64,000 nt of DNA from Schizochytrium sp. TIO01 (GCA_004764695.1 SMSO01000007.1:1054001-1118000); one strand, 5' to 3'; counted from the stretch's first letter, positions 1 to 13,315 are shown. Numbers and translations are program-made. Notes: a model not told the origin generated them from the sequence alone.

Positions 1-6
1 GAAGTA
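1..6 (+). tRNA. Probable 3' end of a third tRNA-Val copy, truncated by the window edge
   Basis: Window starts GAAGTA followed by a trailer (AATGACAGGATTATTTTT) similar to that of the two complete copies. Confidence 0.55.
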
Positions 7-122
7 AATGACAGGATTATTTTTTTCTCCTTTCTTTTTGCTCAATTTTTTCCCTCTTTTTTTTCTTTCTTCCTATGAAAAAAGAGAAAAGAAATGAAGT
101 TACTGCCCCAAACATCTCAAGT

Positions 123-195
123 GCTTCGATAACTCAGTTGGTAGAGTGGTAGGTTTACACCCTGCAAGTCTTGGGATCGACGCCCGATCGAAGTA
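123..195 (+). tRNA. trnV: tRNA-Val (anticodon TAC)
   Basis: 73-nt cloverleaf: acceptor GCTTCGA/TCGAAGT plus discriminator A, D-stem ACTC/GAGT, anticodon stem GTAGG/CCTGC with loop TT-TAC-AC, T-stem TTGGG/CCCGA with loop ATCGACG; oligo-T Pol III terminator follows. Confidence 0.93.
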
Positions 196-265
196 AATGA
201 TAGGTTTATTTTTTTCTTTTTCCCTTTCTTTTTTTGGTGCAGATACTTCAATTTTTTCCCTTTTC

Positions 266-320
<55 letters not shown>

Positions 321-463
321 CTATGAAAAAGACAAATGAAGTGAGGCTTCCACTACACTACCAAAATTATGCTACTCTCTGAGTGACTTTGTTTTTGGCA
401 TTGAGATCTTGAGACCTGAAATGTATTAACCAGTGGAGCCAGATGTAATAACATCTGTCAGAT

Positions 464-536
464 GCTTCGATAACTCAGTTGGTAGAGTGGTAGGTTTACA
501 CCCTGCAAGTCTTGGGATCGACGCCCGATCGAAGTA
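464..536 (+). tRNA. trnV: tRNA-Val (anticodon TAC), identical second copy
   Basis: Identical to 123-195 and followed by an oligo-T tract. Confidence 0.93.
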
Positions 537-1766
537 ATTGAGGATTTATTTTTCCCCTTTTTTTTTTCTTTTCTTTTGCTCCTTCGACTTTCTGTAACAT
601 TCCATTAAGATTAAATATATAGAGCATTGGAGAGCTTTGCTATTAAAGACCATAACCAGTTATATAGATATTATTTGCATGGCAGATGAATGGACTTGTT
701 TATTTCTTTACTAAAAACATCCAAAGCTATGTAGTAGTAGCATAGTATTGTTTTTCTTTTTCCTTACTATGTGCTCAAGTATCTTAATAGTTCTATAAAT
801 GCAGTTCTCATTTTCTGAACTCATTACTTACATAGAACAAGAACAGGGTCAAACGCGACCTCTTTATTTTAGAGCTACTGCTCAACGTTCACATTTTACT
901 TAGATAATCATCCCGCCAGGATTTAGATAACGTTATGAAGCAGTCAACAAATCCAATTTCTGTCGTGTAACTAAGTCAATGAAGGTATCGTCCTACGATG
1001 TATGTAAAAGAGCAACTAGAAAATGCCTAATACCTCCGTTTAATCTTGAGAGCAGCATAAGGACGTCGACAAGGAAACAACAAATACGCTTGGACTCCTC
1101 ATGACACCATTATGGCGATTGACTACTTTTGGCTCTAGAAGTGGGCTACTTTGACCAGTTAAAAGCTTTCCTCGGCAGCTTTACTCTGAGCGAAAGCTCA
1201 AGTCAAAGCATTGCGTTTTTGCACAATTCGCAAGGCTGAAACCTGCAGTGTACCTATAAAGTACTCTGTAAATCATCTTTCGTATTACCAGTTTGGGCAG
1301 ATGTTATCCAGCCTCAGGTTGAGGATTGCAAAAATGCTATGCTTTAGACACAAGTGTTGATTGCTATGCAAGGTGAGAATAACGATTTGTAAACTTGAAC
1401 AAGTTGAGGAACTTTCAACTGACTACGAATTCAAGCAAAACGCAGACAGCAAGTAAAGGGATGCTATTGTAGAACCAAGCAAAAGTAGATAAATCTGGAT
1501 ATTTTTGATGAGACGGACCGAAAAAAGAAAAAGAAAAAAAGAGAATGAACAACTACAACAACAACGATCATCGACAACATCAAAAATGTGCCAAAGTCAT
1601 GGGCGTGGTGGGAAGTGGAAGGGGATGAGAGGGTGAAGAGAAGTCAGGGTCGAAGTCAGTGTAAGGAATGCATATACCAAAGAGTAGTGTAAGGGACAAT
1701 TTAGCATCTAACCGAGAGTACAGGACATGAGAAGCGCATACTTGCGTGAGAAAGAAAAGACGAGAT

Positions 1767-3338
1767 TTAGCAGGCCGGAGAGGAGCGCGTAATCTTGTTG
1801 GCCAGCGCAAGACCACCAAGCGCTGTCTCCTTGTACTCCTCCTTCATGTCATTGCCGATCTGGCGCATGACCTCGACTACGGTATCAAAAGAAATGTGGT
1901 GGCTCTCCTCGGCAGAGACGATGGCGAGGGCAGCAGCGTTCATGGCCTTGGTGGCACCCATGGCGTTACGCTCAATGCAGGGGATCTGGACGAGACCATC
2001 GATGGGGTCGCAGGTGAGACCAAGAGAGTGCTCCATGGCAATCTCAGCAGCGTTCTCGACCTGACCGGGAGATCCGCCAAGGCAAGCAGCAAGACCAGCA
2101 GCAGCCATGGAGCTAGCGACACCAACCTCACCCTGGCAGCCAGCCTCAGCTCCGGAGATGGAGGCGTTTTGCTTGAAGAGGGCGCCAATGGCAGCTGCGG
2201 TCAGAAGGAAGCGACGAGGGGCAAGGACGACAGCTTCCTCGTAAGACGGGTAGAGGTGCTTGAGCTGGCGCACAGTGCGCGGGTTGAGGAGGTCAGTAAT
2301 GAGGTGCTTGATGCAAGCGGGGATGATACCACTGGCACCGTTGGTGGGTGCAGTGACGATCTGCGACCATCCACCAGCGTTCTCCTCGTTGACGGCGATG
2401 GCATACATGGAGAGCTTGGACATGCCGTTGAGCAGAGGGAGGAAGGAGTCCTCGTGGGACGGAAGGGAGTTGCTGCGAGCAAAGTGCTTCTCCTTCTGGT
2501 AGAGCTTGGGAGCACGGCGCTTGACTTCAAGGCGACCGGGGAGCATGGGCTCGGTGGAGGTGAGTCCGCGCTCAATGCAGCCGTTCATGACACCCCAGAT
2601 GCGGTCGAGCTTGGCATTGACCTCGTCCTCGGTGAATCCCTTGTGGAGCTCGTTGTGGCGCATGACCTCGGCAATGTCCATCTGCTTGTTGGCGCAGATT
2701 ACGAGGAGTTCCTTCATGTTCTTGAAGTGAAGGTCGAGGAGGTGAGCCTCCTTCTCCTGAGCGAGCTCAGCCTTTGTGGCATGCATCTCGTGCAGAGTAC
2801 GGATGAAACCACCTCCGATGCTGAAGTAAGTTTCCTCGAAGAGAAGAGTTTTGCCAGAGTCACCGAAGGCCTTGACAGTCATGGCGTTGGAGTGCTCCTT
2901 CTTGCGGTCAAAGCTCCAGGTGAGCTCCTCGCGCTCCTCAAAGGAGATGAACTTCTCACCTCCGAGGTGGAGCATACGATCGCGGGAGATCGAGTGCAAG
3001 ATCTCAACAGCGTTCTCGACTCTGTCGGGGGCTACGCCGGAAAGACCAAGGAGGCAGGCCTGGTCGGTGGCGTGGCCCTTTCCGGTGAGAGAGAGGGAAC
3101 CGAAGAGGTCAACCTGGACGCGGTCAACCTTGTCCATGAGGTCCTTCTTGCGGAGCTCATCCACGAAGTCGTTACAGGCCTTCATGGGGCCAACGGTGTG
3201 CGAAGAAGAGGGGCCCACGCCAATCTTGAAGAGCTCAAAGGTCGAGGTGGTCACGCTGCGGGTCGCCAGCTTGAAGGCGACGGGTCCCGCCATGGCGCCA
3301 CGGCGAGACAGGTTCGCACTCATCTTGAAGGCCATCAT
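1767..3338 (-). CDS. sdaA: Fe-S-dependent L-serine dehydratase (SdaA-type, fused beta/alpha chains), probable mitochondrial presequence
   Basis: FELFKIGVGPSSSHTVGPM, GSLSLTGKGHATD, AVNEENA, VTAPTNGASGIIP, SISGAEAGCQGEVG, EHSLGLTCDP..GLVQIPCIERN, YKETALGGLA; Arg/Ser/Ala-rich N-terminus without acidic residues; intronless with strong codon bias. Confidence 0.96.
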   Translation of the reverse strand: MMAFKMSANLSRRGAMAGPVAFKLATRSVTTSTFELFKIGVGPSSSHTVGPMKACNDFVDELRKKDLMDKVDRVQVDLFGSLSLTGKGHATDQACLLGLSGVAPDRVENAVEILHSISRDRMLHLGGEKFISFEEREELTWSFDRKKEHSNAMTVKAFGDSGKTLLFEETYFSIGGGFIRTLHEMHATKAELAQEKEAHLLDLHFKNMKELLVICANKQMDIAEVMRHNELHKGFTEDEVNAKLDRIWGVMNGCIERGLTSTEPMLPGRLEVKRRAPKLYQKEKHFARSNSLPSHEDSFLPLLNGMSKLSMYAIAVNEENAGGWSQIVTAPTNGASGIIPACIKHLITDLLNPRTVRQLKHLYPSYEEAVVLAPRRFLLTAAAIGALFKQNASISGAEAGCQGEVGVASSMAAAGLAACLGGSPGQVENAAEIAMEHSLGLTCDPIDGLVQIPCIERNAMGATKAMNAAALAIVSAEESHHISFDTVVEVMRQIGNDMKEEYKETALGGLALANKITRSSPAC

Positions 3339-5185
3339 GATTGCCCTCTTGCCTGCTTCAATCCCTGCTTCCCTGTTTGCTTGCCTGATTGCTTGCTCAC
3401 AGCAAACACCTCAGCCTGCAAGGAAACTGGCTGCGTTCGAGTTCTGTAATTCGGATTTGCTTCTGCAATTCTCCTCCTCTGCGCCCTCCTCCTCCTTCTC
3501 CCTCCTCCTCTTCTTCCTTTTCTTCCACTCAAGTGAAAGCATTTCTTTTTAATGCTTTCTTTTAATTTAAGTTTAAATAAATAAATAACAAATAAAAAGA
3601 AGTTAGTTTTTTTGTAGTGCTGATAAATGATCAAACAAATCAGACATCGCTACCAGTCTCCTAAGCTCTATCTACTGCACATGGTTGACCCCTTCTCTTT
3701 AAACTTTAAACTTTGTGTGGGATTTGATTACAAGAAAACCAGAAGAGAGGTCGCCGTGTTCCTTTGGGGCCCGCCGAAAGATGTGGCGCACTGTCTTCAA
3801 AACGCGTGCCTGCGCAGCTTATGGCGCTTTTCCCGTCTGCTTCCACTATCTCCAGCCTTTTGCCGGCTCCGTGTGAGTTTTGCTACTGCGTTATCGCGAC
3901 ACTGTTCGCGCATGGCAACGACCAACTTTTGTTTTTTGTTTCTTTTTGTGATTCCTGCGTTACCTTTAATTTAAAAAAGAAAAGAAAAAAAGTTAAATAA
4001 TGTTTTTTGTTTTTTTTTAAAGTAAGAAGTTCACAGCCGAGGGAAAAGGGAAACTTGAATGAAATACAGAGTCAGTTTCTTCGCTATGTGCGGCTTATTT
4101 CTTTGGTGGTTTCGCTGGAGCCTCCGCCTTCCTGCATCGACTGTGATTCATGTGCCCTCGTAAGCGCTACACCCGGCACAGTGTTCCGTGGCCAGGATGC
4201 CCCAAAGCTCGCTTGATCTGCAGCGCCACACGCTTCTGCTGTCTTTAGTTCTCTCAAGTTCTAGCTCTTTTGCAATTTTCCTTTTCTCTCTTTTCTTTCT
4301 TCAAGTTCTCATCTTTCTTTTATTTTAACTTCTAAGCCATAGAACAGCACTTTAGCACCGCGTTCTCTCGCCCTCTTTCCCGTTCTTTCCCGCGTAGACC
4401 ATCGCCTGTCTTCTGTTCTTTTTCTTTCTTTTCTTTTCTTTTCTTTTCTTTTCTCTGTCCTCCTTTTCTCGTTGCCTTGTCTTCACCTTCGTGCCAAGCT
4501 TCTTCACTGCATTGTTACCGGTAGACGATCCGCATTCCCTCCTGCTTTCACCCCTCGCGAATTAATAAGTCGTGGATGAGACACGCCGCCGCGCTCTCCT
4601 GTCGATGTGCGTATGAATATACACTCCATTCCTTTCCATTCCATTCCATCACTTCTTTCCGCGGCTTTTGGCCTCAAGAAACCCTGCAAAGGCGGCGCAA
4701 ACCCGTCGAAGGAAGGCATCGCGCGCAGGCTTTGTATGCTATGCTGATCAGTATAAACAGCGCTTGATTGAAAAGAGAAGAAGAGAAAAGAAAAGAAAAG
4801 AAAAGAAAAAAAGAAAAGCAGTCCACGCAAAGGAAAGGAGGGATTTATGACTCGGAGGAGAACGAAACTAGGGATTAGAAGAGGAAACAAACATAGGGGC
4901 AAATGTAATTTGCTGTTGAAAGAACTCAATTGCCTACTATAGTATATTGAAAAAAACAAACCCATGAACAATACTGTTCTTTGTTTGCTCATTTGCGACA
5001 CTTGAACGAACGAACGAACAGACAAACAAACAAACATACAAAAGCGACGTTAAGGTCCTCTTTGATTGCGGCTCACGCGTGCGCTAGGTTCACGTAGACA
5101 CAAAAGGCGCTGTCTTATGAAGAATAAGACTTGAGCAGTAGTAGTAGGAGTTGGCAAAGGGAAAGAAAGATATGCTGTTGAAAAA

Positions 5186-5372
5186 ATGAATGAATGAATG
5201 AACGAATGAATGAGTCAATCGATCAATCAATCAATCCATCAATATAGACATGGATATGAATATGAATTGAATATGGATATGAATATGGATATGGATGAAT
5301 ACGGATATAATAAATATATAAATGAATGAATGAATACGGATTTGAATATGGATATGGATGAATACGGATGAG
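5186..5372 (+). repeat. Compound low-complexity repeat ((TGAA)n, (TCAA)n, GAATAT/GGATAT hexamers)
   Basis: Read directly from the sequence. Confidence 0.8.
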
Positions 5373-5732
5373 CGAGTGAGCGAAGATAGTGAATACAATT
5401 TTTAGACTTTCTGTGGCCTTGAGTTTGTCAGGCTGGCTTGCTTTGCTTTTCTTTACTCGCTCGCTCGCTGCTGGCTGTTTGGGATAGGCCCTTCGAGCCG
5501 AGTTTATTGCTGGGTCTTGTAGTTACAGGGAGGTTTTCAGAATTTTCATTTGATCTGACTGCGTAACACTACAAAAGTTGGTTGAGGGGTTTGTTGGGTC
5601 AGGTTGTTTGATGGTGTATTGCAATCTCTTCTTTTGCCCCCCTTCTTTATCTTCATTTCCTTCTTTCGCCTTGGCCTTCGAAAGATATAAAGCGTCTTTA
5701 TTTTTGACTCCTTTCTTGAAAACTTGAAGACT

Positions 5733-5968
<236 letters not shown>

Positions 5969-8489
5969 GTAGTTCAAAAACAAAACTAGCTTTAATTTAG
6001 AAGCCTGAAGGGAATTAGGCAAGCAAAGGAAACCATGCCGATTCTATCATATCGAATGCAAGGTTCATCAATTCATCTACAAGAATAGCCAAACCAGAGA
6101 ATCCTCTGAAGGAACGAAAAAATGAAGGAAGGAAAAGAGTGGATTATTCAATTTGGCTGCCTCTCTTTAGCGCCCATCTTTTCTTTTCTCCTCTCTCTTT
6201 TCCTCCCTTCGCTTTCACATCCAATCTCACCAAAAGGCCCAGAAAAGGCAGAGCTGTCCCCTCTACTCCCCACTGGCCACTCTCTCCACCAGACCAGTGC
6301 TCAGTGTCCCTGTCGGTCTGCACTTCTTTCACCTTTTCTATGAATTGATGACTCACACTACCTATATACATAGGAAGACATTAGCAAGAGCACCTAAACA
6401 AAACAAAAGCAAATCACTACTGCTAGTATCCGCTAGCAGTTTCTTATTATTGCTTAGTGTTTCTCCAAAAAAAGAAAAGATGAGAAAAAGCTTTGTTTGA
6501 AGGGTTATTTGATTATATAACACTACGGAGAACGAAGGGAAAGAGAACGAGGTAATAGAAGAGATGAAAGGAGCGGGCGATCGAGCAGCCTCCTCGATCC
6601 ATGGAGGCAAAGAGAAAGGCAGAAAGAGAGAGAGGCCGAGAGAGAGGCCTGAAGAGGTGGTCTCTGTCTGCGACGCAAAGGCGGCTCAGCGACAGCCTTT
6701 CAGCCATTCTCCCGAGCGATTACTGAGAAGCTGCGCACAACGCGGTTCTCTGAGGTGCCTAAGCAGCGTGAAGTTTATCATCGCTGCGCGCGTTTTTCTC
6801 TTTTCTCTTTCTTTTTCCATAGGTATCATGCGCTGTAATTTATATTTTTAAGTTTAAAATTCTCTAAAGAACGTTCAGGTTTCGTCGTCATAGGTTGAAG
6901 ATTTAATGAGAAAAAGGTGATTGAAAGAAACCCGCAAAAGCTTGCGCTGCTGCACCTCAATCGCGAGATTGGGAGGGTCCGTGCAGAAAGATCACGACCT
7001 CAGACGGATTGGATTCAAGTCCGTCTGCATATTTGCCATTCCCGTTTGCATCTCAGCTTTTACATGCCTGCCTGGGTACCTATAATTTACATGAACCTAT
7101 AAAATCCTATAGTGTGAAACGAAAGTAGCAGTAGAAAAGCTCTCAGCTGCCTTTTCTTACTTTAGTAGTAATTAATTGAGATTAATTTATGAAAAACAAA
7201 CTGTGAGAATAAATTTTATTTCAGAAGTAAAAGGAATAAGGGCGTCGAGCAGAACCCAAAAGAACTGCCTCCGCATCTTTAAAGACACCAAACTATGTAT
7301 GGACCGTGCGATTACGAGGGCTATAATCGCGCGTCTGATGGCCACTGAGTCCCCTGACACGCTCGAAATACGACCCTTAAAGCCCGTACCCATTTAAAGC
7401 TCGGTCATCGTCGATTGGTGATCGACGAGCCGTTCTGGGTTAGAAGAAGGAAAGCGGAGAGGCACCTATCGTTTTCATTTGTTTATCAACTAATAATAAT
7501 AGTAACAACACCAACGATTAATATTTTTTAATTTTATATTTTAATGATGTAAAAAGGCGCAAAGTCTGTTGATGAAATGTGGTGGTTTTCCTGAAAAGAC
7601 TCATTTTCTAAGGTTGGCTCTGATCTGTGCTGGGATATGTACGAGCGCCTTTAATTGAGTGTACCTACAACTGGTGTGGATGGGTTACTGATCAAATATT
7701 TGGACCAACGCAGCGCTCGGATTTATTTGCAGAAAAAGACAAAAAAATTAAAAATTAATAGAAAACGAAAAAAACTGACCCGGGAGACTCCAACAAACGC
7801 CGCTTTCCGATTACTAACTGGTGACTGCGCAACGCATTTCCATGTCATATCCTATAAACTCTATATAATATAAATATTAGGAGTGGTGGGGCGACCTCTC
7901 CTCTTTTCTTTTTTTTTAAATTTGTTTTCTTACTTTCAAGCTCTTTCTTTCTTTTTGAGAGTTCTCGTCCCTCATTTCTAAGCAATGATGATATCTACTT
8001 TTTTTTAATCAATATTTTAACTTTAAAAAGAAGTTTAGAAAAGTGTTGGGTACCTCATGTTATTATTAGGATGATGGTTGGGCTTCGAATAAGTAGTTTT
8101 CGGTATTATTAGGTAGTATCTACTGATTCTGCTAAGGGTGTGGAGTAGCAATAGTATGTAGCTAGTTGTGAGAAGTTGTGAGAAAAGAATGAATGATAAG
8201 AATCGCGATTTGACGCGGCGCCAAGAACCATCAAGGGAGGGAAACCAGTCCACAGCAAATACGCGAGAGTGCCGATCTAAAGAAAGGAGGCAGCTGCAAG
8301 GTTCCACTCCAGCCTACCATGTATCCTGCCACGAGCATTGAGTTTGTCGGTATTGATTCCCTTTGGATAAAATTGAATGTTAAACGTTCTCCAAAGTACA
8401 GTTGGCGGCACAGAGATGTTGACGAGATGTAATCAAGCTAGATATTCTGTTTCTCACTATCTCAGGATAATATAATATACCTAGGATTT

Positions 8490-8580
8490 GATCTTGATCT
8501 TGATCTTGATCTTGATCTTGATCTTGATCTTGATCTTGATCTTGATCTTGATCTTGACCTTGACCTTGACCTTGATCTTA
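8490..8580 (+). repeat. (GATCTT/GACCTT)n hexamer repeat
   Basis: Read directly from the sequence. Confidence 0.95.
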
Positions 8581-11500
8581 ATCTTTCACAAGCATCCAGT
8601 TATATCTCTTGCCCATTCGTGCAGAGCTGGCCTGACAGAGCTAAGCTACACACAGAAACTCCGATGAACTGTAATCGAACAATCCAAGGTACAGAATGAA
8701 AAACGAGTAAATTCTTATCAAAGTACCTTCCGTTGAAGAAGACAACTCGATAGGTACGGGTATCAAGCTTAGCCCTCAGCCTGAACTTTCAAACAGGTTA
8801 GGCTTAAGGAGAGATGATCAAAAGCCCTCTTCATGTTCGGACGATAGCACGTGTACGCTGCTCACCTCGCTAGACATTATTGCGTGGATGCATGTCATCA
8901 TCGACAACCTTATAATTCATGTCATTGAGAAGGGTCTCTTTGCTTGAACTTTGCTGCACTGATGAAGACAATACAAGAACAAGGTATCAAGTACCTAGGC
9001 AGTCGACAAGAACGATCATGTGGATGTCTTCCGACCTGCTTATTTTGCTATTGGCGGGGCTCTTCTTAGAAAAGGAGCAGATGCCATCAAGAGTAGATTT
9101 GCTTTCGCTGTCGCTGCACACACTCAATCTCACACTTAGCTCTTGCATGTTCAAGTACCTAAGTAGGTACTTACTATGATGGAGCAATCAACCTGAGCAT
9201 TTTAAAAGTCGGCTTTTACAAAAGTAAAAAGTCTCGAAACAAGCCAATTCACGGCAACTTTAGCTACTACTAGTAGAGGTATATAGGTAGGTGGTATTTA
9301 CCTAGCTACGCCCATACCTTAGTAGGGACATACAAACCGGAGTTCAACTTGCTCGTGCCGGTTAGGTTGTACTTGTTACCAGGCCACGGAGCCATCATCA
9401 GCCAGGATGAAGATGTCTTCAAGCTGGGGACTTTGCTCTGGAAAGCAGGCGGGTGTAGGGATTCATAGTAGGTTGCTGTATGCAGCATTAATAAGGAGTA
9501 CAAAAACAGGGTCACAAGATTGAAGTTTGAGTCGCTCGGCTACGTGAGTAACCACAGAAAGTTGATAAAGGGTAGGACCTCTATGGTGAATTGTAAGTCA
9601 TCGTTGATTGGTGATTGAAGGATGCGGACAAGGATATTTGGAGGTGACAGAGACACTTCAATGATAATGAGCTGATCAAGAACCTCGAGAGCACCTGGTT
9701 GCAAAATTAAACTAGATACCTACTTTAAGGGATTGTTTTAATTCGAGTTTCTATCCGTGCCCAAAGGATTAGTAGGAGTGTCAGGTATTCTGGTTGTTCG
9801 TAAACCAACGGGAAAAGAAATATGTCCTTTGTACGACCATACGAAAATCACTCAATTGGCAGCTGTGCTACGACTCAATCACCAAGTTGGGAAACCTACA
9901 GCACGTCCTGATTGTGAAAAATGGACAGGTTGAACAGGACAAACTCAAGCAATAATTCCGAGGCTTCACACCAGAAAGTTGTTGCGCCTAAAAGCACGGT
10001 CTTTAATGTCTGGAGATGATTCATTATTCGACTCTATCTCAGCAGGAACCCACTGGGCTAAAGGAAACCGTCAGCAAACTTGAACGTCAAATGTTTCAAC
10101 AATTTTTCTATATTGGAACCTTTAGAACGTTGGTAAACTCGTTCTCGGCAGTTCTTGACCGAGCGCCTTTGTGGCATTCAAGTAATACATCATTCTCGCA
10201 TTTGGTACCTACCTACCTACCCACCTACCGTCGCTAGCGAATCCTGCACATCGATATCATATCCGCAATCCCGGCACGCTTTTTAATTCGTTTAAGGCCA
10301 TCCCAAACAAAGTATTGTGCCGAGAAAGAGCTTCGAATTATTGTTCAACCTGATACAAAAAGATGAAAATCTTTCAAGATCGTTCGAAATACGGGCATTT
10401 TCTTTTTTCTTTCTTTTCCTTTCTTGCATTCTCAACGCTTTCTTTTCTACCTTTTCTTTCTATTCTTTCTTTCAGTAAGTAGATACTAGGTATCAAAGGC
10501 ATATCTATGCCTTTGATAGTACATATAGCTTATTCAATCAAATGATCAGACTTATATTATACTCTTCACGGAAACAAGCTACTACCGTTGTCGCATGATT
10601 TTGCATTGATTGGCAAGCGTTACACTTTGGTACTCTTCATCCTCGAGGCGAACTTCATGTTGAGCTAGATTAGAATTTTTGTTGTTTATGTTATTGTGGA
10701 ATAGAACTGCTTTCATTTATGGAAGTACCGTGCGTGAACCATGATTGATCTGCAAAAAATGAACTATTCTAGCAGCTGTGAAGCACATGTGCCGCTTCCT
10801 ACGAAAGAACACATGGCAGAGCTCTTATGCTCACATGTATACAGGTTCCCAAACCCTACACACTCTTTGGCAATCAACTTTGAGGGTCTGTTCGTATTTG
10901 AGAGAAGTCCTTTTGAAGTTTGCAATCAATTCTGGCGAGCTTTTGAGTCCACAGTCGTCAATAATATCAAGCCTTTACGCAATTGTTATGCTACCTTGGA
11001 TTGAACTGAGCGGCAAAGGATATTAATTTAGCTCTACTTTACTGAACTCGCAGCTTGACTAGTATATATAATCTATAAGTACGGAATTACCTACTTTCAT
11101 ACATACTTTTATAAACCAGCAAAGCTTGAATTCGTGTCTGATCCGTTTGATATTACTTAACAACAGCTTGCTTCGTTCTGAAGGAGATGAGTGAAGACCA
11201 CCTGAAATCAATCGACACTTGATGTCATGATCACATTAGGAAAGAGGGAAGTACGTGGGTAGGTACGTAGGTATTTACTTACCTAGCAGCTTAGACTCCG
11301 TACCGGTAAAGAGCCCAGATATTATCAGTAAAACGAAAGGTTTACGACTAGGTAGCGTCGAGATAGATACCTGCAACTTTGTGTTTTTCAAGTCTATCAT
11401 AGATGGCTGGGGAGAGATCTCAGACCGTCACTAACCCTGGAGTAGCTTTCAGTTGATAAACACTCGGTTCGTTGAACGCAATCTGACGTAGACTCTGTTG

Positions 11501-11620
11501 AGTGACGCCTGCAAAGACTCTTTAGAAAGCAACTGGGCAGGGGCAGCAAATCATCAATGCGGAGAGAGGCCTTGCAGGAATACAAGAGCGGAAAGGGATT
11601 GCACCAGGTACGCTAGAAAG

Positions 11621-13315
11621 ATGACGAAGATGCCAAGGCGATTGGCAGCCAGAGTGATCCTAGGATGCGCAGGATTTTGGGTTCTGAGCAAAGCCGTTTG
11701 TTATCTGATATTTCTGGTTCGTACTCATCGCATGCTTAAGCGATTGCCATCGTTAGGGTCTGATCCGAACCAGGAAGCTCTAATCTTTGGATGGCCGGCC
11801 AGCAAAGAATTCTTGCAGGGCAGTTCGACCATGCGTGTGTCTCTAGACAGCTTTCGGAGAAATCTACTTGGTGGGCTGCGACGTAGGCTTGAGCGAGACC
11901 CAGAACTTCGAGCAAAGGGCGTGTTGAATGTATGGATGCTTAATTCGCGCATTGCTACAAAGATACCTAATATGCTTAATTTGGTAGTGGTCCATGGTCC
12001 ACAAGAAGTCCGTGAACTTCTCTCTGCAAAGAATCTTGACAAGTGTGTTAAAGGCCAAGCATACGAAGCCAGCGCTCCACTAATTGGTCGCAGCATTCTT
12101 GCTACGTCGGGCCAGGAGTGGCACGAACAGAGACTAATTTTAGAGCACGGATTTAAGGATGAGCTTCTTCGTAATGCACTCGAGGCTGCCACTGAATCGG
12201 TGCAACAATTTGTAAATAAACTCTCCCAGGTTGCTGCCCGAAAAGAAACATTCGAAGCCTCAGAGGAAACTCTCAAGCTTACCATGGATGTACTAGGTAA
12301 ATTCGCATTTTCCTATGACTTCAACTCTGTTGCAGCACCAACTACAAACGATGCGCCTCTGTATAACTGCTTCCAGACGATTCTGAGTACACTGAACTAC
12401 CGTGCAACAATGCCCCCTTTGCAACTTCTTAGTAGGCTTCCGCTACAAATGAACATTGACTTCGACGAAGCAATGCGCAAGCTCAATCATCATGTGCGAG
12501 AAATTGTGAAACTGCGTCAGCTTACTAGAATACAAGAAGATATTGGATTAGTGGAATCTACCTCACCGCGAGATTTGCTCGATGTTATGCTATCTACAGC
12601 TGTACCGGGGACCGATCATAGGCTTTCTGAACAACAAGTAGTAGATAATATTCAAACAATGCTCTTTGCGGGGCATGATACTACTGCAAATGTACTAACC
12701 ATGACACTTTACCAGCTTGCCGTCAATGATCAGACGTATGTTGCCCGTCTTCGTGAAGAGTTTGAACAAGTTCTAGGGACCACAAACCCATCTGCAAACC
12801 CAGAGTTCGATGATTTGCAAAAACTTACATTCATGGATGCTGTGCTCATTGAAGTCATGCGGCTACATCCACCAGCAGCATTTACACGCCGTCCCTTGGA
12901 AGATATCAATATTGGGGGCTATGAAATTCCCAAGGGTGTCGAAGTGGTTGTATTTCCTAACCTTACTCAACGTGATCCGGCCATGTATGATCGCGCTAAC
13001 GAATTTGTTCCAGAAAGATGGATTTCTCGTCTCGAAAAGGATAACTTGCCACTCAAAACTGAAGTTGCTGTGCTCGGTCGGCACTTTGCATTCTTACCTT
13101 TCAGTCTTGGTGCGCGAAATTGCATCGGGCGAAGCTTAGCAGCCAATCTTGAGCTCAAGCTTGCCCTTGTCAAGCTATTACAGAGTTTCAATTTCGAACA
13201 CCAGCCTGGTCCAGACTTTCAAGAAGACCCTATAATATGGCTTACCCTCAACCCATGTCCAATCCACCTTCTCCCTATTCCGAGAAATTACACTGCGCCA
13301 GAGGTGTCCAAATAA
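11621..13315 (+). CDS. Cytochrome P450 (membrane-anchored)
   Basis: N-terminal hydrophobic anchor; I-helix AGHDTT; K-helix EVMR; PERW; heme motif FSLGARNCIG. First in-frame ATG is at 11621; the ORF-track start at 11498 is TTG. Confidence 0.95.
   Translation: MTKMPRRLAARVILGCAGFWVLSKAVCYLIFLVRTHRMLKRLPSLGSDPNQEALIFGWPASKEFLQGSSTMRVSLDSFRRNLLGGLRRRLERDPELRAKGVLNVWMLNSRIATKIPNMLNLVVVHGPQEVRELLSAKNLDKCVKGQAYEASAPLIGRSILATSGQEWHEQRLILEHGFKDELLRNALEAATESVQQFVNKLSQVAARKETFEASEETLKLTMDVLGKFAFSYDFNSVAAPTTNDAPLYNCFQTILSTLNYRATMPPLQLLSRLPLQMNIDFDEAMRKLNHHVREIVKLRQLTRIQEDIGLVESTSPRDLLDVMLSTAVPGTDHRLSEQQVVDNIQTMLFAGHDTTANVLTMTLYQLAVNDQTYVARLREEFEQVLGTTNPSANPEFDDLQKLTFMDAVLIEVMRLHPPAAFTRRPLEDINIGGYEIPKGVEVVVFPNLTQRDPAMYDRANEFVPERWISRLEKDNLPLKTEVAVLGRHFAFLPFSLGARNCIGRSLAANLELKLALVKLLQSFNFEHQPGPDFQEDPIIWLTLNPCPIHLLPIPRNYTAPEVSK

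Noticed and set aside
600-1500. Possible degraded coding sequence downstream of the tRNAs
   Set aside because: No sustained ORF, recognisable motif or consistent exon pattern could be read.
1746-3449. 567-aa ORF antisense to the serine dehydratase
   Set aside because: It is a shadow frame produced by the strong codon bias of the real gene, with a GTG start and no motifs.
6100-11400. Many 60-95-aa ORFs in the gene-poor interval
   Set aside because: No motifs, low-complexity or random composition, and no LRR-type exon pattern detected by eye.
11498-11620. N-terminal extension of the P450 ORF
   Set aside because: It begins at TTG; the first ATG (11621) places the membrane anchor at the expected position.
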